A stretch of DNA of 64,000 nucleotides from contig CAZPUR010000003.1 of NCBI GenBank assembly GCA_964589815.1, positions 42,554 through 106,553 of the forward strand, in the 5' to 3' direction. How positions within the stretch are numbered: position 1 is the first letter of the stretch; every line of letters begins with the position of its first letter. This document shows positions 28,263-35,114 of this stretch, piece by piece. Made by a program: the position numbers and the translations under genes. The notes beneath the pieces were generated by a model. The model was not told where the DNA came from, did not search any database, and saw only the letters and a list, made by a program, of their open reading frames with translations. This stretch comes from an uncultured Pseudomonadales bacterium (GTDB lineage: Bacteria > Patescibacteriota > Microgenomatia > UBA1400).

Positions 28263-28609
28263 ATATCAATCAAGTTATTAAAAAACCACTAATTACAGAA
28301 AAAGCGATGGCGTTAGCTAAGGAGGGTAAGTATACTTTTATAGTTGATATCAAGGCTGATAAAAAAAAGGTTAAACAAGCCCTAGGAGTTTTATTTGGCG
28401 TTCAGGCAATTAAGGTTAATCTTTTAAAATATAAGGGAAAGAAAAAAAGAGCTTTTCGAATGCGCAAATTGATTAAAAAATCAGATTATAAAAAAGCAAT
28501 AGTGCAACTGAAAGAGGGTCAAAAAATAGAATTTTTTGAAGAAATTTCTGGAAAGAAGAAGGATAAATCCCGGCGCAAAGGCCGAGGATCGTCCTCTGGA
28601 CGAAAATGA
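28259..28609 (+). CDS. rplW: 50S ribosomal protein L23 (uL23)
   Basis: [11 protein letters not shown] start. ATGA overlaps on both sides. Confidence 0.93.
   Translation: MNINQVIKKPLITEKAMALAKEGKYTFIVDIKADKKKVKQALGVLFGVQAIKVNLLKYKGKKKRAFRMRKLIKKSDYKKAIVQLKEGQKIEFFEEISGKKKDKSRRKGRGSSSGRK
28587..28605 (+). repeat. GATCGTCCTCTGGACGAAA hairpin element forming the rplW tail and abutting the rplB ATG
   Basis: TCGTCC-TCT-GGACGA stem. Same core as 44211-44230 and 55047-55066. Confidence 0.7.
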
Positions 28610-29442
28610 AGGATTTTAAAATTTACAAACCAGTGACTGCCGGCAGAAGAAACCGGCTGGATCTTGTCAGTCGAGCCTTAAAAGTGAAGCCAGAGAAAAA
28701 ATTACTGGAAATTTTACCTAAAAGGTCAGGTCGAAACAATGCCGGTAAAATAACCGTTAGACATCAAGGTGGTCGGCAAAAAAGATTTTTGAGAAAAATT
28801 GATTTTAAACGCGAAAAACGTGGAATTTCCGCTAAAGTGTTCAGTATTGAATACGATCCTAACCGCTCAGCTAACATTGCCTTGATAGTTTATGAAGATG
28901 GAGAAAAAAGCTATATTCTGGCGCCTAAAGGACTAAAAATTGGAGCGAAAATTGAGACTGGTAAAAATGCTGATTTAAAGATAGGCAATGCCCTGCCTTT
29001 GAGAAAAATCCCTTTAGGAATGCCGATTCATAATTTGGAATTAAGCCCGGGTAAAGGGGCTCAGATAGTCAGAGGAGCCGGCACCGCCGCCCTGATCCAG
29101 TCAAAAGAAAAAAATTATGCCAGCGTCAAGCTACCTTCAGGAGAATTAAGGAAAATAAGCCTTGATTGTATGGCTACTTTGGGACAGATAGGCAATATTC
29201 ATGTTAAAGATGTATCTTTAGGTAAAGCTGGTAGAAAAAGACATCGAGGTATTAGACCATCAGTTCGGGGAGTAGCCATGCATCCTGGAGCTCATCCTCA
29301 TGGAGGCGGTGAAGGTCGGTCTGGTATAGGTATGCCCTCACCTAAGTCGCCTTGGGGTAAAAGGACTTTGGGAAAGAAAACCAGGAAAAAGAAGAAATAC
29401 TCTGATAAATATATTCTTAGAGACAGGAGAAAAAAATTATGA
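28606..29442 (+). CDS. rplB: 50S ribosomal protein L2 (uL2)
   Basis: [17 protein letters not shown] motif. Confidence 0.97.
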   Translation: MKDFKIYKPVTAGRRNRLDLVSRALKVKPEKKLLEILPKRSGRNNAGKITVRHQGGRQKRFLRKIDFKREKRGISAKVFSIEYDPNRSANIALIVYEDGEKSYILAPKGLKIGAKIETGKNADLKIGNALPLRKIPLGMPIHNLELSPGKGAQIVRGAGTAALIQSKEKNYASVKLPSGELRKISLDCMATLGQIGNIHVKDVSLGKAGRKRHRGIRPSVRGVAMHPGAHPHGGGEGRSGIGMPSPKSPWGKRTLGKKTRKKKKYSDKYILRDRRKKL

Positions 29443-29723
29443 GCCGTTCATCTAAAAAAGGACCATATATTGACCAAAAACTTTTGAAAAAAGTTATGGC
29501 CCAGAAAAACTTAGCTAAAAAAGAACCGATTAAAACTTGGGCGAGAGCTTCTCAGATCCCACCTGAATTTGTTGGTCATAGTTTTAAAGTCCATAATGGC
29601 AGGACTTTTATCGAAGTTTTTATTAATGAAGCTATGGTTGGCCATCGTTTAGGAGAATTTGCTCCTACTCGAACCTTTAGGGGTCATGGTAAAGTGGTCA
29701 AAAGGGTAATAACTAAAACATAA
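29439..29723 (+). CDS. rpsS: 30S ribosomal protein S19 (uS19)
   Basis: [11 protein letters not shown] ... HNGRTF ... [11 protein letters not shown]. Confidence 0.96.
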   Translation: MSRSSKKGPYIDQKLLKKVMAQKNLAKKEPIKTWARASQIPPEFVGHSFKVHNGRTFIEVFINEAMVGHRLGEFAPTRTFRGHGKVVKRVITKT

Positions 29724-29730
29724 AGGAGAA

Positions 29731-29834
29731 TTGTTACATTGTTACATTGTTACATTGTTGATAGTTTTTTGTAATACAAATCGGAAGGCTACTGTTAGCA
29801 ATGAAGCAATGAAGCAATGAAGCAATGAAGCAAT
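29731..29834 (+). repeat. foldback spacer: (TTGTTACA)x3 + TTGTTGAT on the 5' arm, (GCAATGAA)x4 on the 3' arm
   Basis: Units pair in register (per 8 nt: 6 Watson-Crick, 1 G.U, 1 A.A). Helix base at 29731/29833. Confidence 0.8.
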
Positions 29835-30221
29835 TTGTTAATTAAGGCGGAACAAAAATACGTTAGAATAAGCCCTCAAAAAATGAGGTTGGTGGCGACT
29901 GCGGTTAAAAACCTTGTTCCTGAAGAAGCTTTAGACAAATTAAAATTTTTAAATAAAAGAGCCGCCCAGCCTTTGGCTAAAGTTATTAAGCAGGCCTTGG
30001 CCAATGCAACCAATAATTTTAAATTAAAAAAAGAAAGCTTAAAATTTAAAAGTATTCAAATAAGAAAAGGATCAACTTATAAACGATGGAGATCAGTTTC
30101 TCGGGGTAGAGCCCATTCAATATTTAAAAGAACGAGTCATATCAGGGTGATATTGGAGAGCAAAGAGCGAAACGAAAAGAGCAAAGATGCAGATCAAATA
30201 TCAAAAAGAAAAGGCAAATAA
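29835..30221 (+). CDS. rplV: 50S ribosomal protein L22 (uL22), TTG start
   Basis: (M)LIKAEQKYVRISPQKMRLVA matches the L22 N-terminus. The TTG is the end of the last degenerate repeat unit. Confidence 0.92.
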   Translation: MLIKAEQKYVRISPQKMRLVATAVKNLVPEEALDKLKFLNKRAAQPLAKVIKQALANATNNFKLKKESLKFKSIQIRKGSTYKRWRSVSRGRAHSIFKRTSHIRVILESKERNEKSKDADQISKRKGK

Positions 30222-30222
30222 T

Positions 30223-30354
30223 GGAATTACAAATCACAAGCACCAAATATCAAATAAATTCAAAGCACCAAATTAAAAATTCTAAACGTTTTGAATTTAA
30301 AAATTTTAATTTGAATATTGTTTGGAGTTTGGAGTTTGGAGTTTGGAGTTTTCC
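30223..30354 (+). repeat. foldback spacer, ACCAAAT/ATTTGGT family copy C1, with (TTTGGAG)x4
   Basis: GGAATT..(A)GTTTTCC closing pairs, AAATTCAAA/TTTGAATTT core. Shares AATTACAAATCACAA (15 nt) with 33910-33924. Confidence 0.7.
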
Positions 30355-30371
30355 GACAGAAGGGAGGCAAT

Positions 30372-31028
30372 TTGGGTCAAAAAATTCACCCTTTCGGTTT
30401 TCGGTTGGGTAAACTTTACTCTTGGAAATCAAGATGGTTTGCCCAAAAACAGAATTACCAAAAGTTTTTATTAGAGGATTTTAATTTAAGAAAGTTTCTG
30501 GAAGACAAGCTCCAATTGGCGGGTTTGGTTAGAGCAGAAATTGAGCGTTCAATTAATACTATTAAGATTATTCTTTATGTTTCTCGTCCGGGAGTGGTTA
30601 TTGGTCGAGGCGGTTCCGGTCTGGAAACCTTGAAAAAAGAAATTAATAAAAAATTAAAAATTGATCCCAAAGACCCCAAGCAACTAAAAGTTGATTTGGA
30701 AGTCAGAGAGGTAAAAAATCCCGAGCTTTCAGCCCGATTAATAGCTCAAAGGATAGCCTTTCAGCTTAAAAAAAGGTATCCTCATCGTCGAGCGGTGGCT
30801 CAGGCAATGGAAAGAGTTATGGCCGCTGGTGCTAAAGGAGTAAAAATTGTTCTCGCTGGCCGAATCGCTGGCGCGGAAATTTCTAGAACAGAAAAGTATT
30901 CTAAAGGAAGGGTGCCTTTGCAAACCTTAAGAGCAGACATTGATTATGCTCAAATGCCAAGCCTGACCAAATCTGGCTATATTGGCATAAAAATTTGGAT
31001 TTATAAAGGAGAAGAAGAAGTTAAGTAA
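30372..31028 (+). CDS. rpsC: 30S ribosomal protein S3 (uS3), TTG start
   Basis: (M)GQKIHPFGFRLG is the canonical S3 N-terminus. SD GGGAGG sits 5 nt upstream. The caller's upstream extension is repeat-encoded. Confidence 0.93.
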   Translation: MGQKIHPFGFRLGKLYSWKSRWFAQKQNYQKFLLEDFNLRKFLEDKLQLAGLVRAEIERSINTIKIILYVSRPGVVIGRGGSGLETLKKEINKKLKIDPKDPKQLKVDLEVREVKNPELSARLIAQRIAFQLKKRYPHRRAVAQAMERVMAAGAKGVKIVLAGRIAGAEISRTEKYSKGRVPLQTLRADIDYAQMPSLTKSGYIGIKIWIYKGEEEVK

Positions 31029-31068
31029 AAGTTGACTATCAATAAACAACTTAATCAACTAAAAAACA
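31029..31068 (+). repeat. short copy (3' part) of the TTAAGTAGTTGATTA...CTATCAATAAACAACTTAATCAACTAAAAAACA family
   Basis: 31035-31068 is identical over 34 nt to 33058-33091 and ends at the rplP ATG. Confidence 0.8.
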
Positions 31069-31479
31069 ATGTTACAGCCAAAAAAATTAAAATACCGAAA
31101 GCATTTTCGTGGCACTAGAGCAGGAATAGCCACGGCCGGTAACGCTTTAGAGTTTGGTGAATATGGACTTAAAAGCTTAGGTAGGGGCTGGTTGAAAAGT
31201 GCTCAAATTGAGGCGGCTAGGAAAACAATAGCTCATTATACCAAAAGACAGGCTAAGCTTTGGATTAGAGTTTTTCCTGACAAAACTTATACCCAGAAAT
31301 CAGCTGGGAGCAGAATGGGGCAAGGAAAAGGCGATTTGCAGGGTTATGTAGCCGTAGTCAAACCAGGCCGGATTATTTTTGAGTTGGCAGGGGTAGAAAA
31401 AGAAATTGCCCAGGAAGCCATTAGACGGGCTGGTGCCAAATTACCTTTTAAAACGCGGTTTATAGAAAGAGAGCAGTAG
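31069..31479 (+). CDS. rplP: 50S ribosomal protein L16 (uL16)
   Basis: [15 protein letters not shown] start. Confidence 0.96.
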   Translation: MLQPKKLKYRKHFRGTRAGIATAGNALEFGEYGLKSLGRGWLKSAQIEAARKTIAHYTKRQAKLWIRVFPDKTYTQKSAGSRMGQGKGDLQGYVAVVKPGRIIFELAGVEKEIAQEAIRRAGAKLPFKTRFIEREQ

Positions 31480-31502
31480 ACAAACGTTATTGAATATAAA
31501 AT

Positions 31503-31718
31503 ATGGCTAAAAAATCAAAAGCAGATAACAAGCTTGAATTACAAAAGCTCTCAATTCCCGAGCTTAACAAGTTGTTAAGACAAAGTCAGACAGAATGGCT
31601 AAAGCTAAAATTGGAACTGAAAACAGGTAAATTAAAAAACCTTCATCAGTCCAGACAAAAAAGAAAAGAGATTGCTCGGATTAAAACAATTATTAGAGAA
31701 AAGGAATTAGTAAAATAG
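31503..31718 (+). CDS. rpmC: 50S ribosomal protein L29 (uL29)
   Basis: Size, position and the [20 protein letters not shown] pattern. Confidence 0.88.
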   Translation: MAKKSKADNKLELQKLSIPELNKLLRQSQTEWLKLKLELKTGKLKNLHQSRQKRKEIARIKTIIREKELVK

Positions 31719-31797
31719 AAATAAGTTCAAAAGTTCATTAAGTTCATAGAGTTAATAGTAAAAAATTACTCATAACTTGTTGAGCTCATAACTAATT
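31719..31797 (+). repeat. foldback spacer, GTTCATTAAGTTCAT family copy A1
   Basis: Alignable to 34454-34547 and 41368-41463. Ends ...ATAACTAATT directly at the rpsQ GTG. Confidence 0.75.
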
Positions 31798-32025
31798 GTG
31801 AAACAATTAACCGGTACAGTTGTCAGCATTAAGATGCAAAAAAGTGCGGTGGTCAAAGTTGACAGAACCTACCGTCATCCTTTATATAAAAAAACCATTA
31901 AAAAAAGTAAAAAATATTTAGTTGATAATCAACTTAAGGTTAAAAAAGGAGATAAAGTGATTATTCAAGAGTGCCGGCCAATAAGTAAGAGTAAGAGGTT
32001 TAGAATCATTAGAGTTATTAAGTAG
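31798..32025 (+). CDS. rpsQ: 30S ribosomal protein S17 (uS17), GTG start
   Basis: LTGTVVSIKMQKSAVVKVDRTYRHPLYKK pattern. Confidence 0.93.
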   Translation: MKQLTGTVVSIKMQKSAVVKVDRTYRHPLYKKTIKKSKKYLVDNQLKVKKGDKVIIQECRPISKSKRFRIIRVIK

Positions 32026-32173
32026 TGTATTAAGTAGTTGATTAGGTCCGACGCGATGGTCGGACCGTTAACTGATAGTTAACTGATAGTTTCTACCCAG
32101 TCAACGCGAGTCCTGACGTTACGTCGGGGCGAGCTAGTTAACCATAAATTAACTACTTAATTGACTATAAACG
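32026..32173 (+). repeat. foldback spacer, TTAAGTAGTTGATTA family copy with nested GC hairpins
   Basis: ATTAAGTAGTT (32030-40) is complementary to AACTACTTAAT near 32147-57. Nested GGTCCGAC-N6-GTCGGACC (32045-66) and CCTGACGTTACGTCGGGG (32112-29). (TTAACTGATAG)x2. Confidence 0.7.
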
Positions 32174-32548
32174 ATGATCCAATTACACACCATTTTAAAA
32201 CCAGCAGATAATTCTGGCGCCAAACGTTTAAGGGTGATTCATATCCATGGCGGCTCAACCCGCCCTTTTGGTTCTATTGGTGATATTACTACTTGTGCGG
32301 TTGACCAGGCTGATCCGCAGGGAATAGTTAAAGACTCACAATTGGTTAAAGTGGTTATCGTTAGAACCAAAAAAGAGATTAGAAGACCAGATGGTTCTTA
32401 TATTCGTTTTGATGATAATGCGGGTGTGGTGATCGAGAGTTTAAAAAATAAAGTGCCGGTGGGAACAAGAATTTTTGGTCCTATTGCCAGAGAGATAAAA
32501 GATTTAGGTTATAGCAAGATTGTTTCTATGGCATCGGAGGTGTTGTGA
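32174..32548 (+). CDS. rplN: 50S ribosomal protein L14 (uL14)
   Basis: [19 protein letters not shown] start. Confidence 0.96.
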   Translation: MIQLHTILKPADNSGAKRLRVIHIHGGSTRPFGSIGDITTCAVDQADPQGIVKDSQLVKVVIVRTKKEIRRPDGSYIRFDDNAGVVIESLKNKVPVGTRIFGPIAREIKDLGYSKIVSMASEVL

Positions 32549-32567
32549 TTCAAAGAATCACAACACC
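32539..32567 (+). repeat. perfect 13-bp hairpin (GGTGTTGTGATTC-AAA-GAATCACAACACC) containing the rplN stop codon
   Basis: Read directly. TGA at 32546-48 lies in the 5' arm. Confidence 0.8.
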
Positions 32568-32601
32568 CTGACCCCGTATTTATGCGGGAGAAGGATCTCA
32601 A

Positions 32602-32940
32602 ATGAAAAAGAATAAGCCAATTAGATTGAAAATGAAAATCCGCAAAGGAAATACTGTTAAAGTTATGGCTGGAAAAGATAAAGGTAAAACCGGCAAGGTG
32701 GAAAAAGTTTTACCTAAAGTTGCTGCAGTCTTAGTAGAAGGAGTTAATAAGTATAAAAAACATCTTAAACCCCAGGGTGAAGGTAAACCTGGTGGTATTG
32801 TAGAGATAAGTAAACCTTTACCTGTGGCTAATGTGGTTTTGCTCTGTCCCAAGTGCCAAAAACCAACCCGTGTGGGTTACCAAACAGACAGGAGTAATAA
32901 AAAATATAGAATTTGTAAAAAATGCAAGGAGGCAATATAA
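32602..32940 (+). CDS. rplX: 50S ribosomal protein L24 (uL24), with C-terminal CxxC..CxxC zinc-ribbon-like tail
   Basis: KGNTVKVMAGKDKGKTGKV KOW motif. Tail CPKCQKPTRVGYQTDRSNKKYRICKKC. Confidence 0.92.
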   Translation: MKKNKPIRLKMKIRKGNTVKVMAGKDKGKTGKVEKVLPKVAAVLVEGVNKYKKHLKPQGEGKPGGIVEISKPLPVANVVLLCPKCQKPTRVGYQTDRSNKKYRICKKCKEAI

Positions 32941-33091
32941 GTGTTAATTAAGTAGTTGATTAACTCGTTAACGCTCGTGTTAATTAGGTAGTTAATTAAC
33001 TAGTTTAATATAGTCCTATCAATCAACATGATCCGCCAGCTGGCGGAGAATAAATTAACTATCAATAAACAACTTAATCAACTAAAAAACA
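32941..33091 (+). repeat. foldback spacer, TTAAGTAGTTGATTA family, full copy
   Basis: 33015-33089 is identical over 75 nt to 41177-41251. TAGTTGATTA (32952-61) pairs with TAATCAACTA (33075-84). Carries palindrome TCCGCCAGCTGGCGGA (33032-47). Confidence 0.85.
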
Positions 33092-33646
33092 ATGAGTCGT
33101 TTACAACAAAAATACCAAAAAGAAATTGTTCCGGAGTTAAAAAAGGAATTTAAGATTAAAAATGATCTGGCTGTGCCTAAGGTAGCAAAAGTGGTACTTA
33201 ATGTGGGGATTGGCGAAATCGCTCATGATAAACAGGCTTTGGAAAAAGCCAAAAATACTTTAGCGGCCATTACCGGTCAGAAACCTTTAATTCGTCCGGC
33301 CAAAAAAGCAATTGCTGATTTTAAGATTAGAAAAGGCAATTCAGTCGGTCTTAAAGTAACTTTAAGAAGGAAAAGAATGTATGATTTTTTAGATAAACTA
33401 TTCTCTTTGGTTTTACCCTTGGTGCGTGATTTTCAGGGAGCTAAGCAGAATGCCTTTGATCAAGATGCCAATTATACCTTAGGCTTAAAAGAGCAGGTTA
33501 TTTTTCCTGAGGTGGACTATGATAAAATTGACAAGGTTCGAGGGATGGAGATTAGTATTGTTATCTCGACTAAAGACAAGAAAAAAGCAGCTAGATTGTT
33601 AGAATTAATGGGAATGCCGTTTACTAAGGAGGAATTAGGAAATTAG
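33092..33646 (+). CDS. rplE: 50S ribosomal protein L5 (uL5)
   Basis: SRLQQKYQKEIVPELKKEF start and the NVGIGE region. Confidence 0.95.
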   Translation: MSRLQQKYQKEIVPELKKEFKIKNDLAVPKVAKVVLNVGIGEIAHDKQALEKAKNTLAAITGQKPLIRPAKKAIADFKIRKGNSVGLKVTLRRKRMYDFLDKLFSLVLPLVRDFQGAKQNAFDQDANYTLGLKEQVIFPEVDYDKIDKVRGMEISIVISTKDKKKAARLLELMGMPFTKEELGN

Positions 33647-33653
33647 GATAAAA

Positions 33654-33705
33654 GTGATTAGTCAAAAAAAGACTAATCACTAATCACTAATCACTAATCA
33701 CTAAA
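33654..33705 (+). repeat. 10-bp perfect hairpin (GTGATTAGTC-A7-GACTAATCAC) followed by (TAATCAC)x4
   Basis: The heptamer array 33674-33701 places TAA in all three frames just before the S14 start position. Confidence 0.8.
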
Positions 33706-33891
33706 ATCGCTAAAGTTTCTAAATTTGCTAAACAGCAAAAAAAACCAAAATTTTCTAGCCGGAAGCACAACCGCTGTAAAATTTGCGGTCGACCCAGGGC
33801 CTATATTAGGCTTTTTGGCCTTTGCCGTTTATGTTTTCGTCAAATGGCCCATAAAGGAGAATTACCAGGGGTAACTAAAGCCAGCTGGTAA
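33706..33891 (+). CDS. rpsZ: 30S ribosomal protein S14 type Z (uS14), apparent ATC start
   Basis: Absent from the ORF track. Own translation: (I)[60 protein letters not shown]. 61 codons, CxxC..CxxC, collinear with Zn-type S14. No ATG/GTG/TTG in frame after the stop at 33688-90. Confidence 0.85.
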   Translation: MAKVSKFAKQQKKPKFSSRKHNRCKICGRPRAYIRLFGLCRLCFRQMAHKGELPGVTKASW

Positions 33892-34034
33892 GCTTTAAAG
33901 AAATGACCAAATTACAAATCACAAATTCCAAACAATATCAAAACACCAAATTCAAAATCCAAAACTGTTTTGAATTTGAATATTTGAATTTAGGATTTAT
34001 TTGTCATTTGGTATTTGGTGCTTGGAATTTAAGC
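33892..34034 (+). repeat. foldback spacer, ACCAAAT/ATTTGGT family copy C2
   Basis: Base pairs GCTT/AAGC (33892-95 / 34031-34), ACCAAAT/ATTTGGT (33906-12 / 34013-19), and further pairing along the arms by manual tracing. Confidence 0.75.
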
Positions 34035-34054
34035 ATTAGTGAACGGAGTGAACA

Positions 34055-34453
34055 ATGCTGACAGATCCTATTGCTGATATGTTAATCAGAATCAAAAATG
34101 CCTGCTTGGCTAAGAAAAACCAGGCAGTACTGCCTTATTCTAAAATCAAAGAAAAAATCGCTAAAATTTTTCTTAGTCAAGGCTATCTTAATCAGGTTAA
34201 AAAAGAAAGCTTAAAGAATAAACAAGGAGAGGTTTTGATTTGTGACTTAAAGTATGAAAAAAACAGTTCAGTTATAAGAAACATACAAAGGGTTTCCAAA
34301 CCAGGGATGAGGGTTTATTTATCTTGGAAAAAATTACCCAGGCCTAGTTTTGGTATGGGGATAAGTATTATTTCTACCTCTAAAGGGTTAATGACCAATG
34401 CTGAGGCAATTAAGAAGAGACTAGGAGGAGAAGTAGTCTGTAAAATTTGGTAA
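34055..34453 (+). CDS. rpsH: 30S ribosomal protein S8 (uS8)
   Basis: MLTDPIADMLIRIKNA start. Confidence 0.96.
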   Translation: MLTDPIADMLIRIKNACLAKKNQAVLPYSKIKEKIAKIFLSQGYLNQVKKESLKNKQGEVLICDLKYEKNSSVIRNIQRVSKPGMRVYLSWKKLPRPSFGMGISIISTSKGLMTNAEAIKKRLGGEVVCKIW

Positions 34454-34547
34454 ATAAAGAGAAATAAGAAAAGAGTTCATTAAGTTCATGGAGTTAATAG
34501 TAAAAAAAATTACTCATAACTCATAACTTGTTGAACTAATAACTAAT
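34454..34547 (+). repeat. foldback spacer, GTTCATTAAGTTCAT family copy A2
   Basis: GAGTTAAT/ATTACTC top stem and GTTCAT units opposite ATAAC units. Ends ...ATAACTAATT at the rplF TTG. Confidence 0.75.
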
Positions 34548-35102
34548 TTGTCTAAAGTTGGAAAGCAACCTATTAAAATACCCGAAGGAGTAACGGTTGA
34601 GATTAAACCTAGTCAAGTGATCGTTAGTGGTCCCAGGGGAAGTTTGACTCAGGAAATCAGGTCGGAGATAAAAGTTGAAAAAAAGGAAAACCAGATTTTA
34701 GTTCAACCAAACTCGCAAAGTAAACTGGTTAAGTCTTTACACGGTTTACTAAGAAGCCTGATTGCCAACATGATTCAGGGAGTGACTAAAGGTTTTGAAA
34801 AAACTTTAGAACTACAGGGAGTCGGCTACCGCGTCAATTTAGAACAGGAAAATTTAACCTTAGCTTTAGGTTTTTCTCATCCGGTAGTAGTTAAACCACC
34901 TGAAGGAATTAAATTTCAGGTAGAAGGCAATAATTTGATTAGAGTTTTAGGTATTGATAAACAATTAGTTGGTCAGATAGCCGCTGGAATTAGAAGGATT
35001 AGACCGCCGGACAGCTACAAAGGCAAAGGCATAAGATACGAGGGTGAAGTGATTAAGTTAAAGCCTGGCAAGGCGGCCAAGACAGAAGCAGCCGCAACAT
35101 AA
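34548..35102 (+). CDS. rplF: 50S ribosomal protein L6 (uL6), TTG start
   Basis: (M)SKVGKQPIKIPEGV is the canonical L6 N-terminus. Confidence 0.95.
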   Translation: MSKVGKQPIKIPEGVTVEIKPSQVIVSGPRGSLTQEIRSEIKVEKKENQILVQPNSQSKLVKSLHGLLRSLIANMIQGVTKGFEKTLELQGVGYRVNLEQENLTLALGFSHPVVVKPPEGIKFQVEGNNLIRVLGIDKQLVGQIAAGIRRIRPPDSYKGKGIRYEGEVIKLKPGKAAKTEAAAT

Positions 35103-35114
35103 GGAGTCTAAATA

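Noticed and set aside
29731-29834. Possible CRISPR array (regularly spaced short repeats)
   Set aside because: Units are 8 nt and contiguous with no spacers. The two repeat blocks are complementary arms of one hairpin.
30221-30432. ORFs 30221..30412 (+), 30250..30432 (-) and the caller's N-terminal extension of rpsC from 30318
   Set aside because: They are encoded by the tandem-repeat foldback (TTTGGAG x4 and so on). S3 starts at TTG 30372 with a GGGAGG SD and a canonical N-terminus.
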